Origin: an uncultured virus (IMG/VR IMGVR_UViG_3300011339_000567)
Lineage: Duplodnaviria; Heunggongvirae; Uroviricota; Caudoviricetes
IMG/VR virus record: IMGVR_UViG_3300011339_000567
Direction: 5' to 3' (one strand)
Length of the DNA stretch: 64,000 nt
Shown here: positions 38,687 through 47,341 of the stretch, piece after piece
How positions within the stretch are numbered: position 1 is the first letter of the stretch
Layout of the letters: every line of letters starts with the position of its first letter
Notes under the pieces: model-generated
What the model saw: only the letters and a program-made list of their open reading frames with translations
Databases searched by the model: none
Told to the model about the DNA's origin: nothing
Translations under genes and position numbers: made by a program

Positions 38687-41154
38687 TATTTAGCCGGACC
38701 TTTCCTTTGCTGGTTGTTCTGCATCGCCTGTTGGCGACTCTTTGCGATGTCGATGCCCATGCGGACACCCTCTCGTTCTTGGTCGGACTGCAACTTCTTC
38801 TCAGTTTGCGTAGCCTGCTGGCCCGCCTTGAAGCCGTCCAACGCCAGTTTGCCTTCCAGCGCTCTTTCTTTGAGGTCCAACTCGTCCGCCCGGGCGGCGG
38901 CATCGGCGGCAATCTTTTTCTCTTTGAGCGCAACTTCTTGTTGCTTGATCTGCATGTCCTGCTGCTGGAGCTGGAGCACGGGGTCTTGGGCTTGCTGCTG
39001 AGCCTGTTGCTGTGCTTGCTGCGCTTGGCTCTGTTGGAGAACCTGCTGCGCGGCCTGCGCCATCATGGCGGACAGTGCAACCTCGATCTGCGGCGGGAGC
39101 TTCTCGTCTTCCGGTGGCAGGGGGATGCCAAGCTGCTGCTCAATTTTCTGACGGTACGCAAAGCCAACGTGCTCGGCAATGTGCGCCATCATGGCCCCTT
39201 GGATCATCGGTGCCTTGGGGTTCTGGCCGATCAACTGCATGATGATCGGGTCCTGCATCGCGGACATGTGAACCTTGATGTGGGCTTCGTGGTCTTGGTA
39301 CATGAACGCTTTGACCGGCTCGCTCTTGAGCACCATCATGTTCTCGGACACAGGGTCTCTTGGCTTCTGGTCGTCTGGCAGCGGCACGAGCTTGTCGGCG
39401 TTCTTGATGCCCAACACCTCCAGCATGTTGCGGTGCAACAAGGGCAGGTCATAAATCTCAGGGGCCATCTGCGCCATCTGGATGACGGCTTGGTACTGCA
39501 CCACGCGCTGGCTCATGGTTGCCGCGTTGGGGTCCGACACAGGGATGATGTCTACGTGGCGGTAGTCCTCGGCCTTGGCTCTGCGGCCACCACGGTCAGG
39601 CTCGTAGTCGTACGCGGGGTCTGTGTAGTCCCGGATGAGTATGGCCAACAGGTGCAGCTCTTGTTTGAACGCGTAGTGCATACGCGCCTGCACAGCCGAC
39701 ATCACCTTGAGCTGGCGCTCCAGCAGAGCCAGAGTTGTGCCCACCGGGGCGTTGGCCGACATGTCGGCAACCTTCATGTCCGCAGTAGCTGCGAAGCGGC
39801 GACCTTCTTCAACGATGGTGCCCAGCAACTGGAACAAGACCAGCGACGGCTCTTTATATGGCAGCGGCAGGATGTTGTCCCGCAGTGCGCCTGAGCCGAT
39901 GTCTACGTCCCGGAACTCGCCGGGGGCAATCGGAGTGTCATCACCCTTGATCCGAAGTCCGCGAGACTTGAGGCCCCCGGGTAGATTCGATAGTGTCCCG
40001 GCGTCCACGAGCTGGCGCATGATGCTAGTTGCTGACTTGGCAAAGCCCCCGATGAGGTGGAAGAGGCCGAAGCCATACGCACCGAAGCCGGGAATGTATT
40101 GGTAGTGAACGAAGTGCTGGCGCTTGAGCCGCAGGTCATCATCCTCACGCCAGTTGCGTCGAATGGACAGAACATCGTTGGTCCCCTTGATGAGTGTTAC
40201 TACGTACGGCAGCGCGATGCCTGTGGGTTCGCCTTCGTCGTCCTCGTCTTCAAAGCCCTTGAGGTCCAAGTCAACGTGGCACTCCATCAGGATGTAACGG
40301 TCGTCGTTCAGATCACTGAAGCCGGTCTCTTTGTCCTTGGCCTTCTCAATGTTGGTCTGCTCGCGTGTGGGGTCTCCCAGCTCGATGTCACGGTAAAAGC
40401 CCGCCTTCTGGAGCTTGATGATGTCGTTCTTGGTCTTGCGCATGATGTGTGTCAGGCGGTAGCAAGTGTCCATGTCCGTCGTGCCGTACGGCAGGATGAT
40501 GTCTTCTGCGGGCACAAACATCGACACCTGACGCCCCAGATTGGGGTCGTAGTACACCTTCTTGAACGCAGAGCCTGTGGCTGGCAGCGACCACAACATG
40601 CGCTCGTGCTCTGGCCGGAACTCTTTCATCACGTCTGTCAGCTCGTAGTTCATGTCAGCTTCGACACGCTGCGCAGCTTGCTGCTTCTCAGGGGTCTCTT
40701 TGCCCAGAATCTTCGTGCGCACCGGCCCTTGGGCGGGGAACGACTCCGTGATCGCCTCTGACTGGAACCGGACCACGGCCTCGGTAATCATCGGGTGGAA
40801 CACACCAGACGCGCCGTTCCACGGCTCTGTGCGCTCCTCGACCTGCAAGCCCAGCAGCTTCAGCCCTTCCGTGTACGCCTTCTCCCACTCCTTGCGCGAC
40901 TGGCGGTCATTGTCGATGTCTCCCGCCAAGTCCCCGGCCATCGACTCAATGGCACCGGCGTCCATCTCTTCGGCCAGATTGACATCAAAGTCGTTCTCGG
41001 CCTCAACCTTGGCCAACTCGACGGCAAACCCCGGGCCTTCGATGCTCACCGCTTCGGGATCAACAATCTCAATTTCAATGCCCTGCTCGTCCTCGGCCAG
41101 TGCGTCGATGCCCTGTGGTTGCTGAAAGAGTGCTTTGTCGATGTTCGTTGCCAT
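38686..41154 (-). CDS. Portal protein
   Basis: 822 aa directly after TerL; EPW.GA.GV.HP, GSAFKKVYYD, YGFGL.HL.GG, Gln-rich barrel-like C-terminus. Confidence 0.85.
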   Translation of the reverse strand: MATNIDKALFQQPQGIDALAEDEQGIEIEIVDPEAVSIEGPGFAVELAKVEAENDFDVNLAEEMDAGAIESMAGDLAGDIDNDRQSRKEWEKAYTEGLKLLGLQVEERTEPWNGASGVFHPMITEAVVRFQSEAITESFPAQGPVRTKILGKETPEKQQAAQRVEADMNYELTDVMKEFRPEHERMLWSLPATGSAFKKVYYDPNLGRQVSMFVPAEDIILPYGTTDMDTCYRLTHIMRKTKNDIIKLQKAGFYRDIELGDPTREQTNIEKAKDKETGFSDLNDDRYILMECHVDLDLKGFEDEDDEGEPTGIALPYVVTLIKGTNDVLSIRRNWREDDDLRLKRQHFVHYQYIPGFGAYGFGLFHLIGGFAKSATSIMRQLVDAGTLSNLPGGLKSRGLRIKGDDTPIAPGEFRDVDIGSGALRDNILPLPYKEPSLVLFQLLGTIVEEGRRFAATADMKVADMSANAPVGTTLALLERQLKVMSAVQARMHYAFKQELHLLAILIRDYTDPAYDYEPDRGGRRAKAEDYRHVDIIPVSDPNAATMSQRVVQYQAVIQMAQMAPEIYDLPLLHRNMLEVLGIKNADKLVPLPDDQKPRDPVSENMMVLKSEPVKAFMYQDHEAHIKVHMSAMQDPIIMQLIGQNPKAPMIQGAMMAHIAEHVGFAYRQKIEQQLGIPLPPEDEKLPPQIEVALSAMMAQAAQQVLQQSQAQQAQQQAQQQAQDPVLQLQQQDMQIKQQEVALKEKKIAADAAARADELDLKERALEGKLALDGFKAGQQATQTEKKLQSDQEREGVRMGIDIAKSRQQAMQNNQQRKGPAK

Positions 41155-41162
41155 GTTGATCC

Positions 41163-42698
41163 TTAATAGTAGGCGGCTACGCGCCCACGGTAAATCTTGT
41201 CGTCTTTCTCATCCGAGTCCAGTGAGATAAACCCGCCCTGCCTGAAACGCAGCAGCGCCTGACTGGTCGTATCCACATAGTCGTCATTCTCGCCGTTGGG
41301 GAACGACGCCACTTCCTCGATGACTTCGCGTGCCCAGCGGGTATCCGGTGCCCAGATAATGCCAGAGGTAAACAAGTCTGCAATTGCGTTGACCCGCACC
41401 ATCTTATCGTTTCCCCGGCTCGGCGTAAACTCTTGCACGGGTATGCCCATCGCCCGCAGCTCCTGTATCAGAGGCCCACCAGCGGCTTTCTTCTCCACGA
41501 GGAACGCGTCTGGCTCCCACTCCTTGTAGTGTTTCAAGGCGGACTGCTTCAACTCGGGAAACGGCATCCTGTCCTTGAACGCGTCCAGCAAGATTACTTG
41601 CGCCGCGTTGTTCTCTTCCTCGTTGTAAAACACGCCCCACGTTGTACACGCACTGTAGTCAGATGTGCTCTTGGTCTCGTGCGCCGTGTCCCAGCTCTGG
41701 ATGATGTACTCACAAGGCGGCGGCTCGTCTGCCTCCCAGATACGCCAGCTCTTCCGGCTGATGATGGCCGACACGTCCGAGGTGGGCTGCTGCATGTACT
41801 GCGCGTTCCAATACCTCGGGTCCATCGATGACTTGGCAGACAGCAGCGAAGTGAGCGGCCACTGCTCCGGCCAGAGCGACTTCTCGTTGTCCGTGCCTTC
41901 GTTGAGGATGGCGGGCAGCTCCACGATCTCCCAGCGCGGGGAGTCCGGGTTCTTGACTTGGTAGTCGATCAGCCGCCCGGTCAGGTCCAGCGGCCCCCAG
42001 CGGGTCATCACCACAATGATCGCGCCATTGGGCATCAGGCGCTGCAACGGGCCTGTCTGGAACCACGACCACGCCGTGTCAAACGCTAGACGGCTGTTGG
42101 CTTTAACGTCCTGCTCAGAGTGCGGGTCGTCGATCAGGAACAGGTCAGCACCCCGTCCGGCCAAGGCTCCCCCCACACCGGCTGCGTAGTATTGTCCCCC
42201 TGCGTCAGTGCTCCATTTGCCTGAAGCCTTCTGATCTTGCGCCAACTTGGTGCCCGGGAACACCGTGTTGTAGTCCTCGTCTTCGAGCAGATTCCTGACC
42301 CTGCGGCCAAAGTCTTCGGACAGGGACGCCGTGTGCGTGCCCATGATGATCTTCTTATTAGGGTAATTACCTAGGAAGTACGCCGGGAACAGGTAGCTCG
42401 AAAACTCAGACTTACCCATACGAGGGGCGATGTTGATGATGACCCGCTTCTTTTTGCCGTCGATCACGTCTTGGAAAATCTTGGACAGCTTGCGGTGGTG
42501 AGGCCCGACCTTGAAGCCGGGGTATACCCGCTTGGAAAAGTCGATCATGTTAAGGCGCGAGTTCTGTAGGGACCGCCTGCGTTCGCGCTCTTCTAACATC
42601 TCCACCAACTCAATCTTGGCCGCTTTGGTCATCGTCGGCAACGCTGCGCGTATGGCCTTGACCTCTTCCGGTTTCAAGTTGAGCGCGTTAAGATTCAT
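41163..42698 (-). CDS. terL: Terminase large subunit
   Basis: Walker A APRMGKS, Walker B LIDDPH, VMTRW, nuclease SWDTA...FPNGENDDYVD. Confidence 0.95.
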   Translation of the reverse strand: MNLNALNLKPEEVKAIRAALPTMTKAAKIELVEMLEERERRRSLQNSRLNMIDFSKRVYPGFKVGPHHRKLSKIFQDVIDGKKKRVIINIAPRMGKSEFSSYLFPAYFLGNYPNKKIIMGTHTASLSEDFGRRVRNLLEDEDYNTVFPGTKLAQDQKASGKWSTDAGGQYYAAGVGGALAGRGADLFLIDDPHSEQDVKANSRLAFDTAWSWFQTGPLQRLMPNGAIIVVMTRWGPLDLTGRLIDYQVKNPDSPRWEIVELPAILNEGTDNEKSLWPEQWPLTSLLSAKSSMDPRYWNAQYMQQPTSDVSAIISRKSWRIWEADEPPPCEYIIQSWDTAHETKSTSDYSACTTWGVFYNEEENNAAQVILLDAFKDRMPFPELKQSALKHYKEWEPDAFLVEKKAAGGPLIQELRAMGIPVQEFTPSRGNDKMVRVNAIADLFTSGIIWAPDTRWAREVIEEVASFPNGENDDYVDTTSQALLRFRQGGFISLDSDEKDDKIYRGRVAAYY

Positions 42699-43359
42699 CG
42701 TCGGTGGGGGCTGGAGGTTCTTCAGAAGTCAGTGAGTGCTCACTTTGATCTGACTGGTCTGGCGTGCTTGGCTCGACGTCCGTGATGTCCGCAGTGGTCT
42801 CTGCGCTGGTGGCGTCCACGTCGATGGTATTCAGGAGGAGGTCGAGCTTGTCTTGGAGCTTCTTGTCGATCTCGGCGTCCGTCAGATCGGTCTTCTTGAC
42901 CTCCAGCCTGTCCGTGAACAGCGCCACTTCCGTCACGCGCCCGAGCATCTCGATGGCTTTGAGCCTGATCCGAGCGTCGGGGTGGTTGGTTTCCTCAATG
43001 ATCTTGGCGACCGCCATGCCGCGCATCTGCTTGGCCTGCTCCACAAACTCCCAGTCGTATGCAGACAGCAGTGTCACCAGATGCCTGACGGACTCCGGCG
43101 TTTTGAGCAGTGTCAACTGGGTTTTGGTCTCGGCTGGGGTCGCATTGTTGGCCAGCGCTGCAAAAACGGTGCGTGCTGCCTTGGCCTCGGCCTCTTGCAG
43201 AATCTTTTGGTCGTCTTCGACGCCAAGTTTTTCCAACCACTTGGTCGTATTGACCTGTGCGTTGAGTATTTGGTCGGGCGTTGCCCTGTCCAGCCCGGAC
43301 ACGTCCTTGCCGGTGGCTTCAACCACTGGCGGCTCAAATTCTAACAAGTGATCTAACAT
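42688..43359 (-). CDS. Probable terminase small subunit
   Basis: Directly upstream of TerL; RIRLKAIEMLGRVTEVALFTDR. Confidence 0.65.
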   Translation of the reverse strand: MLDHLLEFEPPVVEATGKDVSGLDRATPDQILNAQVNTTKWLEKLGVEDDQKILQEAEAKAARTVFAALANNATPAETKTQLTLLKTPESVRHLVTLLSAYDWEFVEQAKQMRGMAVAKIIEETNHPDARIRLKAIEMLGRVTEVALFTDRLEVKKTDLTDAEIDKKLQDKLDLLLNTIDVDATSAETTADITDVEPSTPDQSDQSEHSLTSEEPPAPTDDES

Positions 43360-43371
43360 GCGCGTAGTACC

Positions 43372-43400
43372 TTGCGGACTCGGAGCCTTTAATGTACACT
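43372..43400 (+). promoter_or_regulatory. Sigma70-like promoter driving a short non-coding transcript
   Basis: TTGCGG-17 nt-TACACT. Confidence 0.6.
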
Positions 43401-43405
43401 ACTTT

Positions 43406-43491
43406 TTGAGTGGTGTCTGCGTTTTCGTAGTCATTGCTTCTCCTTGATGTACGCAAATACATTTTTACCCGGCTTGTCCGGGTATTTTTTT
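43406..43491 (+). ncRNA. Candidate antisense sRNA with anti-Shine-Dalgarno/anti-start seed
   Basis: Lies between promoter and terminator; contains GTAGTCATTGCTTCTCCTTGATGT, complementary to plus-arm RBS/ATG regions. Confidence 0.55.
43466..43491 (+). terminator. Intrinsic terminator
   Basis: TACCCGG-CTTGT-CCGGGTA followed by T7; no U-tract on the minus strand. Confidence 0.8.
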
Positions 43492-43500
43492 GGCTGTGTA

Positions 43501-43516
43501 TGTCTAACATTAGACA
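43501..43516. promoter_or_regulatory. Palindromic operator type B, copy 1
   Basis: TGTCTA-ACAT-TAGACA; related copies at 50544 and 61199. Confidence 0.55.
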
Positions 43517-43762
43517 AGGTTTCTTGGAATTTTTGCAAAATTTTGTGGTGGATTTTGCGTTTGACAAAAATGAGGATTATCGGAGGGGAATAGTGTTCAT
43601 GTGGGACGGCCACGCTGCCCCATATATGGCTTGGTGGGGGGTGGGTGGGGGTCAAAGTAACCCAAAATGCCCCATATTCTGCCCCTCAGAGGCCGATCAA
43701 ACAGGGGTTTCCACACAATAGGTTTAGCAGTAGGGGATTCGCTCTTACTGCTACATCAACCA

Positions 43763-43779
43763 CGGGTCACAGTGACCCG
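43763..43779. repeat. 17-bp palindrome type A, copy 1
   Basis: CGGGTCAC-A-GTGACCCG. Confidence 0.9.
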
Positions 43780-43798
43780 AACCTAAGAGGTATTTCAA

Positions 43799-44182
43799 AT
43801 GACTACAGTAAACAAAGCCGCCGCCTTTACAGCCCTGAACAAGTTCGCCACTGCACGGGTGCAACTCATAGCGGGGCTACGGGATGCAGGCTACACGCTT
43901 GAGACGGCACGAGGTGTCGTTATCGAATGGGCATGCGACAAGGTGGGCTCAGGCAGTAAGGGCTTCAAGGTCAATGATGAGACGGGCAAGGTCACGCTGG
44001 TGTCCGGCCATGCCAAGTACGAGACGGCCAAGACAGTGGTGCGTGATGTGATGCTGATGCTGGCCGGAACGACACGGCGTCAGGTGAGCGCTCGCACGGA
44101 AGTTGACCCTGTGGCTCAGGCGCTCAAGGCGCTGTCTAAGTTGACCCCTGCACAGCTTCGCAAAGTGCTGGCGGCTTTCTGA
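43799..44182 (+). CDS. First early gene, hypothetical
   Basis: 127 aa with AGAGGT RBS; bracketed by type A palindromes. Confidence 0.75.
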   Translation: MTTVNKAAAFTALNKFATARVQLIAGLRDAGYTLETARGVVIEWACDKVGSGSKGFKVNDETGKVTLVSGHAKYETAKTVVRDVMLMLAGTTRRQVSARTEVDPVAQALKALSKLTPAQLRKVLAAF

Positions 44183-44184
44183 TT

Positions 44185-44201
44185 CGGGTCACAGTGACCC
44201 G
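44185..44201. repeat. 17-bp palindrome type A, copy 2
   Basis: CGGGTCACAGTGACCCG followed by T5. Confidence 0.9.
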
Positions 44202-44290
44202 TTTTTCTGTCAACCGGTGCAGGCGCGGGGCTTGGCCGGTGTTTCTTTTCGTGTCAATCGCCGCCACCGAGCGGCATTTTTATTGGAGAT

Positions 44291-44536
44291 ATGACTGTGC
44301 CTAAATTCAAAACCCCTAGCGGCGAACTAACCGCCTATGCACTTGCCTGCGGCTATATCGAGCGCAAAGAAACCCCCACCCTACGCCTTGACCTCTGGCA
44401 CGAGGGCGCGCTCTACCATGTCCGAGCGCACGACTTCGCAGAGCACACCCGCCTTTTCTGGGAGAGCTTCGACACCCTCCGCGCTGCCCGCGCTTTCTAC
44501 GCCAAGCAAATCCCCACCCTTTTCCCTGCCGCCTAA
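44291..44536 (+). CDS. Hypothetical protein
   Basis: 81 aa, FKT.SGELTAYALACGYIE; GGAG RBS. Confidence 0.7.
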   Translation: MTVPKFKTPSGELTAYALACGYIERKETPTLRLDLWHEGALYHVRAHDFAEHTRLFWESFDTLRAARAFYAKQIPTLFPAA

Positions 44537-44553
44537 CCCCACGAAAGCACCCC

Positions 44554-44694
44554 ATGACCCAAAACGAATTCCTAGCCTTGTGCCTTGAGCACTGCGTAGA
44601 CCCGAGCCTTGCGCTTGAAAACCCTGCCATTGTCGAGGCGCTCAAAGCCAGAGACGCCCAAGCCGTAGCAAACATCCTCACCAACGAATTCTGA
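44554..44694 (+). CDS. 46-aa hypothetical protein
   Basis: MTQNEFLALCLEHCVDPSLALEN...LTNEF; below the ORF-track cutoff. Confidence 0.6.
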   Translation: MTQNEFLALCLEHCVDPSLALENPAIVEALKARDAQAVANILTNEF

Positions 44695-44703
44695 AAACAC
44701 ACC

Positions 44704-44925
44704 ATGAAACAGCACATCAAACATGTCGGCGTCTTGTCTCTGCCCTGCGGGGACTTTGATTTGTTCGAGCACTACTTCAACAACAGTCGCAACTACAAGA
44801 TCACATCGGTCGTCCCCGTGGGCAGACCGACCTGCGGCATCTCGTTCACATGCGAGGCCGCATTCGAACGCTGGCTGGAGCGCAACATGACTCCCGTGCA
44901 GTTGGGTCTTTTCGGGTCACAGTGA
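44704..44925 (+). CDS. Hypothetical protein
   Basis: 73 aa; ends QLGLF (clamp-binding-like); stop lies inside palindrome copy 3. Confidence 0.55.
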   Translation: MKQHIKHVGVLSLPCGDFDLFEHYFNNSRNYKITSVVPVGRPTCGISFTCEAAFERWLERNMTPVQLGLFGSQ

Positions 44926-44929
44926 CCCG
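44913..44929. repeat. 17-bp palindrome type A, copy 3
   Basis: CGGGTCACAGTGACCCG. Confidence 0.9.
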
Positions 44930-44940
44930 CAGACAACAAG

Positions 44941-45287
44941 GTGCGATAAGACTCGGTACGGATTTGAGATAAGACTCGTACAAAATTGAGATAAGACTAA
45001 GTGTCCAGACCGTCCCTTCTTATCGCACTTTGTGCTAAGCACCCAGTACAGCCGCAACCCGCATGGATGCTGGGTTCTTGGGGGTAAGTGTCCGCGCCCT
45101 CTATCTAAATCTTTATATATAATATATATTAGAGAGTGTGTATATGCGTGTGCTCGGGCTTTTGTTTTTACTTAAAGGCTTTGGCTATGGCTAGTTGTCT
45201 GTTGGATAGTGAGCTGGACACTTTTTCAAGAAACCTAGCATTCATGCGGCCTGCGAGGTGTCCAGACGCTTAGCACAACATGCGATA
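44941..45287. other. Origin-like non-coding region: iterons, AT-rich core, long imperfect inverted repeat
   Basis: GATAAGACT x3 at 44945/44968/44990; nested inverted repeats 45021-45105 vs 45205-45287; TATATATAATATATAT core. Confidence 0.55.
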
Positions 45288-45327
45288 CAATTCCCACTCT
45301 GTCCAAAACTCGGTATGAAAAGGAGAT

Positions 45328-46086
45328 ATGACTATGGATTTCCCCAAATCCTACCTGCGAATGAGCGAACGCACCCTACGCAAACACCTTGCAAAACGCA
45401 AACTTCCCTTGGGCTACGCTGAAAACCTCATATCTCAGGTGATGTCCGAGAGGCACAAGAAGTTCGCGCATCTCGCCCGAGATACGCAACACGCCCGATT
45501 GTGGGGCGACCTCATAGCCCCTGCCAAGGCCGAACGCCGCATCGTGCAGAGGATGTTGAGTTTAGATTTAGCCAATAACAGCCCCGAACGCACCCTTGCA
45601 CTGGAGGCTTATCTCATGGTGCTTGACGCCATCATCGGGCGGCTCACGCTCAAGGCCAACACAGCAGAAGCAACGCCGAGGCAAGTGGCCGAGGAGACAA
45701 ATGTCCCCAACAAAGGCGAGCACTGGGTGGACTGGATGCCGCCCAAGAAGATAGCGCTCATCAAGGAGTACTTCGCCCAGATACCCTACATCAAGGGCGT
45801 GAGGCAGAAGACCCCGTTCGAGCGCCGGTGGCCCACGACACAACACGCCATACACAAGAAGCGCCTGATTGAGCGCACCGACAAGGAGCTTGCCATCCTT
45901 GAGCGCCGCATGGCCGTGGAGCTTGCCGATGCTAAGTTGACCGACACGCACATCTTCAAACAGCAGGAGATCAACGACATGCGTATCCAGATCAGCAAGA
46001 TGCAAGCGGCCATGCACACCATCAAACTACTGCGCCCGACTGACCTCGTGCCGGTGACATGGCACGGCATCGACCTGCCGGACTGA
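45328..46086 (+). CDS. Hypothetical protein
   Basis: 252 aa, AAGGAG RBS; PNKGEHWVDWMP motif. Confidence 0.75.
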   Translation: MTMDFPKSYLRMSERTLRKHLAKRKLPLGYAENLISQVMSERHKKFAHLARDTQHARLWGDLIAPAKAERRIVQRMLSLDLANNSPERTLALEAYLMVLDAIIGRLTLKANTAEATPRQVAEETNVPNKGEHWVDWMPPKKIALIKEYFAQIPYIKGVRQKTPFERRWPTTQHAIHKKRLIERTDKELAILERRMAVELADAKLTDTHIFKQQEINDMRIQISKMQAAMHTIKLLRPTDLVPVTWHGIDLPD

Positions 46087-46103
46087 CGAATGTCAATTTG
46101 TTT

Positions 46104-46120
46104 CGGGTCACTGTGACCCG
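46104..46120. repeat. 17-bp palindrome type A, copy 4
   Basis: CGGGTCAC-T-GTGACCCG followed by T6. Confidence 0.9.
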
Positions 46121-46134
46121 TTTTTTATCGGTTA

Positions 46135-46156
46135 GCGGTCTGCCGTCTCAGACCGC
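46135..46156 (+). promoter_or_regulatory. Conserved-loop hairpin, copy 1
   Basis: GCGGTCTG-CCGTCT-CAGACCGC just before the AAGGAG RBS. Confidence 0.65.
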
Positions 46157-46173
46157 ATTTTAAGGAGAAAGCA

Positions 46174-46848
46174 ATGAAAACCACACTGAACAAAATCCGG
46201 GCGCAGCACCCTTGCGAAGACGGCTGGAAGAAGCTGCTTGCTTATTTAGGTAAGACCAAGCCAGACGACGAGCCGCTAGCCATCGTAACTATTCTTGACA
46301 GTAACGGACTGGATGACGCGCTCTGGTGCCTGCGGGCAGTCGAGGGTTACGATAAAGAAATGCGCTTGTTCGCGGTGCGGTGCGCCCGACGTGTACAGTA
46401 CTTAATGACTGACCCGCGCAGCATCGCAGGGGTAGACGTTGCCGAACGCTTCGCAAACGGTGAAGCCACTACGGAGGAGTTGACTGCGGCGGGGGATGCC
46501 GCGTGGGCTGCGGCGTGGGCTGCGGCGGGGGATGCTGCGTTGGCTGCTGCGTGGGCTGCTGCGAGGGTTGCGGCGGGGGCTGCTGCGAGGGTTGCGGCGG
46601 GGGCTGCTGCGAGGGATGCTGCGAGGGTTGCCGCGTGGGCTGCGGCGTGGGCTGCGGCGGGGGATGCTGCGTTGGCTGCTGCGTGGGCTGCTGCGAGGGT
46701 TGCGGCGGGGGCTGCTGCGAGGGATGCTGCGTGGGCTGCTGCGTGGGCTGCTGCGAGGGTTGCTGCGAGGGCTGCTGCGAGGGCTTCTGCGTTGGCTGTA
46801 CAAGAAGCAGACTTGCGTCAAATGTGTAACAAAGGAGAAGTGAAATGA
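46174..46848 (+). CDS. Hypothetical protein with Ala-rich AAxx tetrapeptide repeats
   Basis: MKTTLNKIR..PC.DGWKKLL...SNGLDDALWCLR; AAWA/AARV/AAGD repeats. Confidence 0.8.
   Translation: MKTTLNKIRAQHPCEDGWKKLLAYLGKTKPDDEPLAIVTILDSNGLDDALWCLRAVEGYDKEMRLFAVRCARRVQYLMTDPRSIAGVDVAERFANGEATTEELTAAGDAAWAAAWAAAGDAALAAAWAAARVAAGAAARVAAGAAARDAARVAAWAAAWAAAGDAALAAAWAAARVAAGAAARDAAWAAAWAAARVAARAAARASALAVQEADLRQMCNKGEVK
46487..46790 (+). repeat. 12-nt tandem coding repeat
   Basis: GCTGCG-NNNGNT units with a higher-order ~120-nt duplication. Confidence 0.85.
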
Positions 46849-47060
46849 CAGCAATGCACTTAGACCACGACATGCGGCTACAAGCCGCCCGATGTATGGA
46901 GCGTGAGGGAGGCAGTTTCGCAGGGCATATCGCCCGAGCGTACTATGTGGCCGACACGCAGAACGCAGAGGCACTACTGACTGCGTTCGATATGTTGTTC
47001 CTCAAGTTCTACGCGGAGCACTGCCGCAATGAGCGCATGAAAGAAAGGGAAACGCAATGA
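46845..47060 (+). CDS. Hypothetical protein
   Basis: 71 aa, GGSFA..IA.A...AD..N; ATGA-coupled. Confidence 0.7.
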   Translation: MTAMHLDHDMRLQAARCMEREGGSFAGHIARAYYVADTQNAEALLTAFDMLFLKFYAEHCRNERMKERETQ

Positions 47061-47263
47061 CCATGCTAAGCCTACCAAAACAAATCGAGGCAGCACGCCT
47101 ACTCACGCTGCGCCAGATGCTCAAGCTAGAGATGAAGGGGATGCACAGGAGCAGAGGCCACACGGCATACAACACGCTCAAACAGATGGGGTTCAAAGGC
47201 ACTCGTGAGCAGGTGCTCGCACAGATGGATGAGATTCGCAATGAACTCATAGGTAAGGAGTAG
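47057..47263 (+). CDS. Hypothetical protein
   Basis: 68 aa, LKLEMKGM..SRG; ATGA-coupled. Confidence 0.7.
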   Translation: MTMLSLPKQIEAARLLTLRQMLKLEMKGMHRSRGHTAYNTLKQMGFKGTREQVLAQMDEIRNELIGKE

Positions 47264-47289
47264 ACGGGGACATTTGTCCCCAACAGTAT

Positions 47290-47309
47290 GAGGGTGCTGT
47301 CTCACCCTC
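47290..47309 (+). promoter_or_regulatory. Conserved-loop hairpin, copy 2
   Basis: GAGGGTG-CTGTCT-CACCCTC upstream of the 47342 RBS. Confidence 0.6.
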
Positions 47310-47341
47310 GCTTTCAGTAAGTAAAACATCAAGGAGTTTTT

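Noticed and set aside
38593..39894. 433-aa plus-strand ORF
   Set aside because: Antisense shadow of the portal gene caused by codon bias.
43561..43595. TTGACA promoter on the plus strand
   Set aside because: No acceptable -10 hexamer at 16-18 nt spacing.
43763..46120. CRISPR-like array from the 17-bp palindromes
   Set aside because: Spacing is irregular (0.4-1.2 kb), genes lie between copies, and there are no cas genes.
46402..46974. Cys/Gly-, Arg/Leu- and Pro/Gln-rich ORFs in alternative frames
   Set aside because: By-products of the stop-free 12-nt repeat. Only the 46174 frame has an RBS and a non-repetitive N-terminus.
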